Below, piece after piece: positions 40,876-49,672 of a stretch of 64,000 nucleotides of DNA. Numbering within the stretch: the first letter of the stretch is position 1; each line of letters begins with the position of its first letter. The stretch comes from Ignavibacteriota bacterium. GTDB taxonomy: Bacteria; Bacteroidota; Ignavibacteria; UBA10030. The notes under the pieces are model-generated. The model had not been told where the DNA came from and made no database searches. It saw only the letters and a program-made list of their open reading frames with translations. The stretch is taken from NCBI GenBank assembly GCA_963727825.1, contig CAVSHO010000001.1, positions 352,001 through 416,000 on the forward strand, read 5' to 3'. Position numbers and translations under genes: made by a program.

Positions 40876-42198
40876 ATGCAGCAGCAAAAACCAAAAGTAC
40901 TCGTTGTAGATGACGAGAAAAATATTCTCACTACAATCGGTATTTGTTTAGAATCAATTGGCATTGATGCGACACTCTGTGCGAAGCCGCAAGATGTACT
41001 GCAGTTGCTGCAGGAAAATGTATTTGATATTGCTTTTGTCGATTTGAAAATGTCGCCGATGGACGGTATCGAAGTCCTTGCAGAGATAAAGCAATATTCG
41101 CCTATCACAACTGTCATTATTATGACTGCCCACGGTTCTGTCGATACCGCGGTAACTGCAATTAAAAAAGGGGCGTACGATTATCTGCAGAAGCCATTCG
41201 ATTTTGAGGAATTGAAATTATTTACACAGAAAGTTCTTGCTTATCACCAGCTTGTTCATGAAGTAGCTGAACTTCGTGAAGAACTTGCCTCAATGCAGGG
41301 TAGCGGTGAAATCATCACACGCAACCGTACGATGATTGAACAGCTTGATATTGTAGCGCGTGTTGCCGACAGTACAATTAGTATTCTGGTTGAAGGAGAA
41401 AGCGGCACAGGAAAGGAGTTGGTAGCGCATTACATTCATCAGAAAAGTAATCGTGCCGATAAGCCGTTTGTCAAAGTAAACTGCGCAGCGATTCCGGAAC
41501 AACTTTTGGAAAGCGAACTTTTCGGTCATGTGCGTGGAGCGTTCACCGGCGCGTTGAAGGATCGGCAAGGCAGGTTTGAAATGGCGGACAACGGAACAAT
41601 TTTCTTAGACGAAATTGGTGAGTTGCCATCGTCCATCCAATCGAAACTTTTGCGCATTCTTCAGACGAAAGACTTCGAGCGTGTCGGTGAAAATGTGACA
41701 CGCAAAGTAGACGTTCGAGTGATTTCTGCGACAAATCGCAATTTAGACGAAGCGTTAAAAGAAGGAAGTTTCCGCGAAGACCTTTTCTATCGTCTGAATG
41801 GAGTTCGAATAAAACTTCCACCCCTTAGAGAAAGGCCGGAAGATGTACCGTTACTTATTCACCACTTTCTCAAGAAAATTTCAAAAGAGCGGGATATAAA
41901 AATTGCACCGGAAGCTGATAGAATTCTAAAATCATATCGTTGGAGCGGTAATGTCCGGGAATTAGAAAACGCAATCGAGCGTGCAGCGCTTCTTACCGCA
42001 AATGACGTTATCGAACCGGTACATTTACCGGAAGAAATTCGTGGAAGTATTGAAACAAATGCCCTTTCTTTGGAAGAAACCGAAAAAGTACAAATCAAAA
42101 AAGTTCTGCAAATTGCAAAAGATTACGATGAAGCAGCAGCCATTTTAGGTATCGATCGAGCAACTCTTTGGAAGAAGAGAAAAAAATTCAATCTTTAA
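40876..42198 (+). CDS. Sigma54-dependent (NtrC/AtoC-family) response regulator
   Basis: VLVVDDE receiver; GESGTGKE, ESELFGH, GAFTGA, FREDLFYRL, WSGNVREL; Fis-type HTH. Confidence 0.9.
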   Translation: MQQQKPKVLVVDDEKNILTTIGICLESIGIDATLCAKPQDVLQLLQENVFDIAFVDLKMSPMDGIEVLAEIKQYSPITTVIIMTAHGSVDTAVTAIKKGAYDYLQKPFDFEELKLFTQKVLAYHQLVHEVAELREELASMQGSGEIITRNRTMIEQLDIVARVADSTISILVEGESGTGKELVAHYIHQKSNRADKPFVKVNCAAIPEQLLESELFGHVRGAFTGALKDRQGRFEMADNGTIFLDEIGELPSSIQSKLLRILQTKDFERVGENVTRKVDVRVISATNRNLDEALKEGSFREDLFYRLNGVRIKLPPLRERPEDVPLLIHHFLKKISKERDIKIAPEADRILKSYRWSGNVRELENAIERAALLTANDVIEPVHLPEEIRGSIETNALSLEETEKVQIKKVLQIAKDYDEAAAILGIDRATLWKKRKKFNL

Positions 42199-42230
42199 TT
42201 CAAATCTCATCGTAAGAAGTCTACTATTCT

Positions 42231-42250
42231 AAAAACGCGAGCGTTTTTTT
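42231..42250 (+). terminator. Short intrinsic terminator after the sigma54 activator
   Basis: AAAAACG-CGAG-CGTTTTTTT. Confidence 0.45.
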
Positions 42251-42469
42251 GTTTATTTTTTTATTCCAAATTATGCATTAGCTTGTAGAGTCCCCCCTGC
42301 GTCGGGCAGGCGATCACCAGATCGGACAATGATGTTAACAATATTTCATCCAGTCGGTGATTGGATTCTACACCAATTCGGTTATCGTTCACCTTTCCTA
42401 TATTCTATCATTTCTATAACATATGCCCCTCTTTTATTTCTAATGAATGGTTTGGGTTTATTAAACCTA

Positions 42470-42561
42470 CGTTGCTTTTTACAACATTGATATGCCGAAT
42501 AATAATAAACGAAAAAAGGGATTTGTGTGTGAAGGCGAATATTGCGTTGCCTTTCACAACA
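42470..42561. promoter_or_regulatory. Pair of putative enhancer (UAS) sites for a sigma54 activator
   Basis: CGTTGCTTTTTACAACA (42470-42486) and CGTTGCCTTTCACAACA (42545-42561): 15/17 identical imperfect palindromes. Confidence 0.6.
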
Positions 42562-42630
42562 CGAGAGAAATTCATTTTACATAATTCCCCTGATTTTAAC
42601 TGAAAATCGAGATAATGAGTAGAGAACTAT

Positions 42631-42646
42631 TGGCATCATAATTGAT
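42631..42646 (+). promoter_or_regulatory. Putative sigma54 -24/-12 promoter
   Basis: TGGCATC-ATAA-TTGAT versus consensus TGGCACG-N4-TTGCW (spacing correct, -12 is GA not GC); about 50 bp before the STAS gene. Confidence 0.55.
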
Positions 42647-42694
42647 AAATCAGACAAGGAAATTAGTTTTAAATTGAAAAGCCGAGGAAACAAC

Positions 42695-43042
42695 ATGGCT
42701 ACAAAACTTACTACGCTTGACAATCTTGATATAGCCGTACTTGAGCCTCGGGGTTCGCTCATTGGCGGTGAAGAGACAGACGAATTAAAAGCTAAGGCCA
42801 AAGATTTGGTTGAACAAGGGAATAAAAAACTTGTACTCGATCTTGGTAGTATTACCTATATGAACAGTTCTGGAATAGGTGCACTCGTAGGCATTCATTC
42901 TATGTATCAAAAAGTGTCTGGTAAGATCAGCCTTTGCAATGTCGCCAAAGGCGTTCAAAATGTTTTTGTCATAACAAAGCTGACGAGTGTTTTTAATGTT
43001 GAAGAAGATCGCAAACAAGCAATTAGTAGTCTTAAATTATAA
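42695..43042 (+). CDS. STAS-domain anti-sigma-factor antagonist
   Basis: GAGG RBS; LVLDLGSITYMNSSGIGALV motif. Confidence 0.9.
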   Translation: MATKLTTLDNLDIAVLEPRGSLIGGEETDELKAKAKDLVEQGNKKLVLDLGSITYMNSSGIGALVGIHSMYQKVSGKISLCNVAKGVQNVFVITKLTSVFNVEEDRKQAISSLKL

Positions 43043-43089
43043 ATCAAAATAATACTCATTTAATATAACACAAATCAGGAGAACGTTTC

Positions 43090-43824
43090 ATGAAGACTTC
43101 CACGTTCAATGCTATCGTTATCGTCCTTGCTTTCGTTTTTGGCTGGGTGATTTTCGAATATACCTTACCGAAAGTTATTACAGATGGCGGTCCACTCGTT
43201 ATTGCTCTTATTGCACTTGTAATCATGCTGATCGCAACAATCGTTGAGCGTTTGCTCACGTTGAAGAAAGCCAATGGCAAAGGCACTTTGACAGTATTTC
43301 TGAAGAATGTGCAACAAGCGGTTAATTCCGGCGATATAGATACAGCGCTTGCCGTATGCGATAAGCAACGTGGCTCTTGCGCCAACGTTCTTCGCGCAGG
43401 TTTAGAAAAATATAAGATGGTAGTGGAGGAAGGTGATATAAAAGGGCAAAAGGAATTAATGGAGAGTATTCAACGCTCTATCGAAGAAGCGACTATGTTA
43501 GAAGTGCCAATGCTCGAGCGCAACCTCTCTATGATGTCCACAATTGCTTCTATCGGAACAATGGTGGGATTGCTCGGAACAGTAATTGGTATGATCCGTT
43601 CATTCGCAGCTATGGCACGCCAAGGTGCACCGGATGCGATTCAGCTTGCTCTTGGTATCTCTGAAGCTCTTATTAATACTGCAGGTGGTCTTATTGCAGG
43701 TATCGGTGGTATCGTTGCATATAATTTCTTTGTCACGAAAATCGATAACTTCACCTATATGATTGACGAAGCGAGCTATTCCATAATTCAATCATTAGCC
43801 TCACGCAAACCGCATAAGAAGTAA
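43090..43824 (+). CDS. exbB: MotA/TolQ/ExbB proton-channel protein
   Basis: GLLGTVIGMIRSF and GISEALINTAGG motifs. Confidence 0.92.
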   Translation: MKTSTFNAIVIVLAFVFGWVIFEYTLPKVITDGGPLVIALIALVIMLIATIVERLLTLKKANGKGTLTVFLKNVQQAVNSGDIDTALAVCDKQRGSCANVLRAGLEKYKMVVEEGDIKGQKELMESIQRSIEEATMLEVPMLERNLSMMSTIASIGTMVGLLGTVIGMIRSFAAMARQGAPDAIQLALGISEALINTAGGLIAGIGGIVAYNFFVTKIDNFTYMIDEASYSIIQSLASRKPHKK

Positions 43825-43842
43825 CAGGGAAAGGTTGACGTT

Positions 43843-44310
43843 ATGCCAAAACATAAAAAAGGAAGAGTCGGCACTCGCATCGACATGACACCGATGGTGG
43901 ACGTAGCAATGCTCCTGCTTACATTCTTCATGATGACCACACAGTTCAAACCACCAGAGGATGTTGAAGTAATTATCCCGGCTTCTCATTCTGAGTTCAA
44001 ACTGCCGGAATCACATATTATGATGGTATATGTAACCAAAGAAGGCAAGATCTACCTTGGTGTAGATGCACAAGGTTTGATGGAGCGACTCTTTGGAAAA
44101 GAAAATAGATACAAACGGGCGATTGAAGTAGATAAAACCACGCTGGGGACTGTTCTCATGCTGGCGCGTACCAATGATCCCTTACTTCGTACTGTCGTCA
44201 AAGGAGATAAAGAGGCTCCCTATGGACCGATGGAAGATGTTATGGATGTCTTGGTGAAAACGAGGATCACGCGTTTTAATCTCGTCACAGATTTGGATAA
44301 AGGAGCATAA
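43843..44310 (+). CDS. exbD: ExbD/TolR family protein
   Basis: IDMTPMVDVAMLLLTFFM and KGDKEAPY motifs. Confidence 0.92.
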   Translation: MPKHKKGRVGTRIDMTPMVDVAMLLLTFFMMTTQFKPPEDVEVIIPASHSEFKLPESHIMMVYVTKEGKIYLGVDAQGLMERLFGKENRYKRAIEVDKTTLGTVLMLARTNDPLLRTVVKGDKEAPYGPMEDVMDVLVKTRITRFNLVTDLDKGA

Positions 44311-44312
44311 TC

Positions 44313-44810
44313 ATGGCTGGTGCAGATGTTGTTGAATCAAAATCGCATACTAAGGGCAAGAAGAAAAAAAAGCGAGCAGGAGTTCGCATAGATATGACGC
44401 CAATGGTGGACGTAGCGATGTTATTGCTCACCTTTTTTATGATGACAACGGTGTTCAGTAAACCGCAAACCATGGAATTGAATTTACCGCCTGATGAAAA
44501 AACGACGGTTGAGGTTCCTGCATCGGTTCTGCTAACGATAAGGGTAGCCCCGAATATGGAGATCTATTGGAGCATGGGAACTGAACCGACCGCATTAAAA
44601 AAGGTTGCGTTCAAAGAATTACGTCAATTGCTTATCGGTAAACTCCGAGATATTCCAAAACTCATTACACTTGTGCAGATCGACCGGGCGGCAAAATATA
44701 ACGATATGGTTGATATTATTGACGAGCTGAACCTTGCCAATATCACACGTTTCAGTATTGCGCCGATGACAGACAAAGACAAACAGCTTATTGCAAAAGT
44801 AGCAGGTTAG
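44313..44810 (+). CDS. exbD: Second ExbD/TolR family protein
   Basis: IDMTPMVDVAMLLLTFFM and AKYNDMVDIIDEL motifs. Confidence 0.92.
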   Translation: MAGADVVESKSHTKGKKKKKRAGVRIDMTPMVDVAMLLLTFFMMTTVFSKPQTMELNLPPDEKTTVEVPASVLLTIRVAPNMEIYWSMGTEPTALKKVAFKELRQLLIGKLRDIPKLITLVQIDRAAKYNDMVDIIDELNLANITRFSIAPMTDKDKQLIAKVAG

Positions 44811-44818
44811 GAGATAAA

Positions 44819-45547
44819 ATGTCGCAAACAATAGCAGTACCTGTCCAATATGGTGCAGCCGAATTGAAAACGGTTGCCCAAAAATATATGATGTGGGGTC
44901 TTTTGGCGGGCATCCTTATCTGTTTCTCCGGAGTCGGCACGTATGATCTTGCCGTCTGGTTGAATGAAGATGAAGAACCTGTTCATATGGTCCGCATTAT
45001 GAAATATACAGATCTTGGACCTCCCCCGTCATTAACCAATCAAGCAACAGCTGCCGTTGCTGCTTCTGGGGCGGCAGTACGGCCAAGTGTCGGAATTCCA
45101 GTTCCAGTGCCTGATGCGGAAGTTAGCGCAGAGCAGACAATTGCAACACAAACAGAATTAAGTGCGGCAACTGCGCCTTCGGTCGATGCAAGTGGATCTG
45201 GTCCTGGCACTCGAATTGAGCAAGATTTGAAGATTGATGATGAGGCACCACCCCCAGATTTCGTTCCATACGAAAAGGAACCCACGGTTATCAAGCGAGT
45301 TGAACCGAAATATCCAGATCTCGCTTTACGTGCTGGCTTGGAAGGCAATGTGTACGTTAAAGTGTGGGTAGACAAAGAAGGAAAAGTACGTAAGGTTGTT
45401 CTTCTCAAGAGCGATGCTCCAATCTTTGAAGAAGCCGCAATTGGAGCTGCGAAGCAATGGGTATTTACCCCGGCAGTAATGCAGAAAGGTCCGGTTTCGG
45501 TTTGGGTTTCTATCCCGTTCCGATTTAGACTGACGGGAAATAAATAA
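44819..45547 (+). CDS. tonB: Energy transducer TonB
   Basis: YGAAELK N-terminus, TM, Pro-rich linker, PKYPDLALRAGLEGNVYV...IPFRF. Confidence 0.92.
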   Translation: MSQTIAVPVQYGAAELKTVAQKYMMWGLLAGILICFSGVGTYDLAVWLNEDEEPVHMVRIMKYTDLGPPPSLTNQATAAVAASGAAVRPSVGIPVPVPDAEVSAEQTIATQTELSAATAPSVDASGSGPGTRIEQDLKIDDEAPPPDFVPYEKEPTVIKRVEPKYPDLALRAGLEGNVYVKVWVDKEGKVRKVVLLKSDAPIFEEAAIGAAKQWVFTPAVMQKGPVSVWVSIPFRFRLTGNK

Positions 45548-45664
45548 CCATTTGATGATGCCGAAGCTGATGAGTGCAAGGAAACAGCACGTCCTGAAAA
45601 ATTGGGATGGACTGATACTTAGACTTATCAGCTTTGCACATTTATGAGGGTTGGATTATAAATA

Positions 45665-45883
45665 TTGTTGAAGCTTGCCAACATAACGACTTATTTAAAT
45701 TACACAGTCTCTATTATTACATTTGTATTTGGAATTATAATAGTTAGCGGCGTGGCATTTCCATATGTGCCGAATAAACTGCGAATAATGTTCGGCGTAG
45801 TACTAATGCTATGGGGAATTTATCGATTTGTTTTTACACGAGTCAAAATACGCCAACGAAACGAGGAAGATGAAGAAGCATGA
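45665..45883 (+). CDS. Small 2-TM membrane protein
   Basis: TTG start; two hydrophobic helices ending WGIYR; ATGA overlap with the next gene. Confidence 0.65.
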   Translation: MLKLANITTYLNYTVSIITFVFGIIIVSGVAFPYVPNKLRIMFGVVLMLWGIYRFVFTRVKIRQRNEEDEEA

Positions 45884-46782
45884 AGCGTGCGCTTCTTTCA
45901 ATGCTTTTTATTCTGATAGTAATAATCAGCGGATGCAAAAAACAAACCGAGACTGTAACATCTGGTCATCGTCTTTTGCTTGCCGCCGATCCGTATTTGC
46001 CATTGATACAGCAAGAAGTGGAACAATTTATAAGTCTCTATCCACAGGTGAAAATGGAGGTGCTTGGCGCGACAACACGTGAGGCAATCGTTTTATTATT
46101 AAATGACAGCGTTCACACAATTGTAATCGATCGGCAATTCAATGAAGAAGAAAAACAAGTTGCACAACAAGCATCTATTAGGCTTGTTGAGGATAAAATT
46201 GCTGAGGATGGTGTTGCGATAATCGTTCATAAAAAAAATCCAATTCCTAACATTACTACGGAATCGTTGCATCGTATAGTCACAAAAACGGCGATAGAAT
46301 GGGCACAAATTAAAGAATCTCGCTGGAGCGGACCTATCGATTTTATTCTAACCGGAAAAAACTCTGGTTTGTATGAGTTGCTTCAGAAACAGATTTTTCA
46401 AGGATCAAAGCCACCGGAACCAAATGCCGTGATGAATAGTCAACGTGAAGTGATTCAATACGTGTCTGAACATCCAAACTCCATTGGGTGTGTAGCTGCT
46501 TCGCTTCTGACGGATGAAAATACGAATGTTAAGATGGTGCCGGTTCTTACAAAATCTCCAGATGGGGGTGAGAAGGCGTATTTACCCAAGCAGCAGGAAA
46601 TTTACGAATCTCTTTACCCGTTCCATTATTCTTTGTATCTTTATAATGCTGAGGCCAAGGCAGCCGTTGGAATTGGTTTCAGTGCATTAGTACTTTCAAA
46701 TGTTGGGCAAAAGATTTTTCAGAGATCAGGCTTGGTGCCTGTTAATATTCCATATCGGACTATTCAGTTAAAAGCGGAGTAA
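45880..46782 (+). CDS. PstS-like periplasmic substrate-binding lipoprotein
   Basis: Lipobox ISGC; IAEDGVAIIVHKKNP, NSG and YVSEHPNSIG motifs; conserved position after tonB. Confidence 0.8.
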   Translation: MKRALLSMLFILIVIISGCKKQTETVTSGHRLLLAADPYLPLIQQEVEQFISLYPQVKMEVLGATTREAIVLLLNDSVHTIVIDRQFNEEEKQVAQQASIRLVEDKIAEDGVAIIVHKKNPIPNITTESLHRIVTKTAIEWAQIKESRWSGPIDFILTGKNSGLYELLQKQIFQGSKPPEPNAVMNSQREVIQYVSEHPNSIGCVAASLLTDENTNVKMVPVLTKSPDGGEKAYLPKQQEIYESLYPFHYSLYLYNAEAKAAVGIGFSALVLSNVGQKIFQRSGLVPVNIPYRTIQLKAE

Positions 46783-46789
46783 AACGAAA

Positions 46790-48499
46790 ATGAAGCATAT
46801 CCTTTTGATTGTTGCGGCGATCTTAATCGCCGCCACGACTACAGTCTTCGGTCAGCCACAACTTGATAAAGCTAAAGACCTGATGAAACAAAAAAAGTAT
46901 GATGAGGCAATTGCTGCCTGCCAAACCTATCTTCAATCAAGTGCGCGTGATGAAAATGGGTGGTTAGTTCTAGCAGAAGCTTATCAACAAACGCAAAAAC
47001 TCGACTCTGCGGAAATTGCAGCGAAGAAGACAATAGAATTGGAAGATGGGATGATGGAAGGATATACGATTCTCGGACAGATTCAACTTACGAAGAAAAA
47101 CGCTCAAGACGCCTATGCAACGGCAAAAACAGGGTTGAAGATGACGAAACGAAAAGCATCCAAGTACCCTCCTTTACTTGTTGTGTTAGGTCAAAGTCTA
47201 TTGGCATTAGATTCTGCTGATGCTGCGTTGGTTGCCTCCGGAGAAGCAAAGGAATTAGATCCGCAAAACGCGGCTGCGTACGAAGTTATGGGAGATGCAT
47301 ATCTAAAGCAAAAAGTTGTTCCCATGGCGATTAATAGTTATGAAAAGTCATTGGAAATTGATTCGCTCCAGCAGCGTGTATTGTACAAAATAGCTAATGC
47401 ACAAAAGAACGACCGACAATATACTAGAGCGGCTGAAGTTTATTTGCGTATTCTTACCCTCGATCCAAATAATGAGGCGGCTCGGCTTGAGCTTGCTGAT
47501 TTATTTTTTCGAGCAGGGCAATATGCAAATTGTGCAAAGGTTCTAAGAGAATACTTTAAGAACCAGAAAAATCCACCAAAAGAAATCCAATTGAAATTTT
47601 TGGAAGCACTATACAAGAGTAAACAATATAAAGAAGCTTCAGAAGTTGCAAAGGGATACCTGAAAATCGAACCAAAATCAGCGCTTGCGTATAGGGCAAT
47701 TGCCTATGGAAATCTTATCGATAAGCAATACGCACAGTCTGTTGAAGCATATAAAAAAATTGCGACAATGGATACGATGGAGTTTGATGATTATCGCTGG
47801 TTAGGAACTGCCTATAGACAAATAAAAAAGGATTCGCTAGCGGCGATGGCTTGGGAAGAAGCGCTCAAAGATACAACACAGACAATTACACTAAGGTCTT
47901 ATTTGTATGGCGAAGTGGGATCGATATGGATGACTTATAAACACTATGACCGTGCCGTAGAGTTTTTCCAAAAGCGAGTTCAGCTGGATACAATAGCTGT
48001 TGGCGCCTCGTTCAATTTAGCGACTTGTTTGATGCAGTTAGAAGAATATGAAAAGGCAGTATCAGTTTTACGAAAGGCAATTGCTCGGAATCCTAAATAC
48101 CCTCCGGCTTACATCAATATGGGTTTTTGTTATTTCCAGATGAAAGATTTCGATGCCGGGCGTAAGGAATTTGAAACGGCTATCAAAATTATTGATACCG
48201 CGGAATCTAAGTATCACTCTGAACTTGCCGATGCCAATCGCATGATTGCATTGGCAATGATGTTGGAAAAGAAAACAACTCCCGAGGCGTCTCAAAAGAA
48301 ATGGGAAGACGCCATTGTTTACTTAAGGAAATCAGTTAAGTACAAAGAAGATGTTGCCGAAACACACCTCCTTCTTGGACAATGTCTCCAGAATTTAAAT
48401 AAAAAGGAGGATGCTATAAAAGAATATAAACGAACGGTTCAGTTAGAGCCGAAGAATGAAGCGGCAAGAAAAGGCTTGAAAGATTTACAGCCCGAATAG
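46790..48499 (+). CDS. Exported TPR protein
   Basis: Signal peptide; many TPR units (ELDPQNA, TLDPNNE, QLEPKNE). Confidence 0.88.
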   Translation: MKHILLIVAAILIAATTTVFGQPQLDKAKDLMKQKKYDEAIAACQTYLQSSARDENGWLVLAEAYQQTQKLDSAEIAAKKTIELEDGMMEGYTILGQIQLTKKNAQDAYATAKTGLKMTKRKASKYPPLLVVLGQSLLALDSADAALVASGEAKELDPQNAAAYEVMGDAYLKQKVVPMAINSYEKSLEIDSLQQRVLYKIANAQKNDRQYTRAAEVYLRILTLDPNNEAARLELADLFFRAGQYANCAKVLREYFKNQKNPPKEIQLKFLEALYKSKQYKEASEVAKGYLKIEPKSALAYRAIAYGNLIDKQYAQSVEAYKKIATMDTMEFDDYRWLGTAYRQIKKDSLAAMAWEEALKDTTQTITLRSYLYGEVGSIWMTYKHYDRAVEFFQKRVQLDTIAVGASFNLATCLMQLEEYEKAVSVLRKAIARNPKYPPAYINMGFCYFQMKDFDAGRKEFETAIKIIDTAESKYHSELADANRMIALAMMLEKKTTPEASQKKWEDAIVYLRKSVKYKEDVAETHLLLGQCLQNLNKKEDAIKEYKRTVQLEPKNEAARKGLKDLQPE

Positions 48500-48575
48500 A
48501 TATCGAATTACTATTTTAACAAATTTTCAATTAACAAATATTTCTTTCACACAGCTTTAACCGAAAGGAACCGCG

Positions 48576-49592
48576 ATGAATAAAAAAATCATCCTCTTCT
48601 TATTTACAGCATTTGCCATTTTGCCAGGCTGCAAAAATAATGCGGCTGTGGATATAAAAGAATGGGCACAATTTCAGGATCAATTCTTCAAAGTTTCGTT
48701 TAATTATCCTAAGGATTGGGTAGTCGTAACAGAATCGAAGAAAGTAACCATATCGTCTTCAGCCGAAGCGGCTGAGAAATTTTTTGACCACGATTCACGC
48801 AAACCCGATGGTATCCAGATTATTATCGCATCTGTGCGAAGTGATTCTATGCAGGATTATACCAAATACATCCAGGACTTCAAAAACAATAAGGTTGCTG
48901 AAGGATTCACTGTTAAAGAAATTGAAGATGCCACTATCGATGGGCTTGCTGCAAAAAAAGTAACTTATACTGGTGCGTATGATGAGAATACAAAAATCAA
49001 TGCGATATACGCTGCCACACTGAAAGATTCCACAATTTACTATGTGCAATATTCTGCCTTCAACAAAATGTTCGAACCGAATAAATTTGTTTTTGATTCG
49101 GTGATAGCGTCATTGTCGTTGCCTAAAAAAATTATTGTTGAAAAGGGTGTTGACCCTGCAATTCCAATTGCACAAACCGAACGGTATTCAGATAACTATC
49201 TCCAATTGGAACATCCTGCTAATTTTGGCGCGAGTGATGTTGCAAAGAAGGGAGATGTAATATCGGCAATAAGATTTATGGGAACTAATAAAGATTCGAG
49301 AAATGATTGTACAATTGATATTGATGTGAGGCCGGCAAAGAAGCTTTCGTTGGAGAAGGTAGTGGACCAGAATTCGAAATTCTTTAAGGCTTCATCCAAG
49401 GGAAATACGACAATTGGTGGAGAAAAAGCAATCTATTTAGATTACTCCCTTGTAAAAAACGTTGATAGCCGAGTCTATTTTATCGTCAAAAACGACAAAA
49501 TATTCCGCATTATCTTGAACTATTATTCCCCGATGAAGAAGGACTTCCTGCCTGCATTTGAGAAAGTCATTGCTTCCATTCGCTTTAAGTAG
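48576..49592 (+). CDS. Lipoprotein with two PsbP/DcrB-like domains
   Basis: Lipobox LPGC; duplicated SFNYPKDW / LEHPANF, TIDG / TIGG, and FDSVIASL / FEKVIASI. Confidence 0.7.
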   Translation: MNKKIILFLFTAFAILPGCKNNAAVDIKEWAQFQDQFFKVSFNYPKDWVVVTESKKVTISSSAEAAEKFFDHDSRKPDGIQIIIASVRSDSMQDYTKYIQDFKNNKVAEGFTVKEIEDATIDGLAAKKVTYTGAYDENTKINAIYAATLKDSTIYYVQYSAFNKMFEPNKFVFDSVIASLSLPKKIIVEKGVDPAIPIAQTERYSDNYLQLEHPANFGASDVAKKGDVISAIRFMGTNKDSRNDCTIDIDVRPAKKLSLEKVVDQNSKFFKASSKGNTTIGGEKAIYLDYSLVKNVDSRVYFIVKNDKIFRIILNYYSPMKKDFLPAFEKVIASIRFK

Positions 49593-49616
49593 TATTATTA
49601 TTCCCATCTTTTTGAT

Positions 49617-49651
49617 AAACCGAGGCTATTCAATGGCCTCGGTTTCCTTTT
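49617..49651 (+). terminator. Intrinsic terminator
   Basis: AAACCGAGGC...GCCTCGGTTT followed by CCTTTT. Confidence 0.7.
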
Positions 49652-49672
49652 GTTAGACTCGGAAAATTAATT

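Noticed and set aside
38767-42198. Apparent novel 1143-aa fusion of a membrane histidine kinase with a complete sigma54 activator
   Set aside because: Deleting one G at GGTAC 40849 gives a normal stop (TAA 40868-40870) five bases before the activator ATG. This is the same signature as three other indels, so it is probably an artefact. The 83-codon N-terminal extension before GTG 39016 also looks non-coding.
43873-44446. Nucleotide repeat between the two exbD genes
   Set aside because: Explained by the conserved RIDMTPMVDVAMLLLTFFMMTT TM motif of tandem ExbD paralogs.
45567-45600. Hammerhead ribozyme suggested by CTGATGAG followed by a GTGC/GCAC stem
   Set aside because: The required GAAA does not follow stem II (GTCC instead) and no stem III/cleavage triplet fits.
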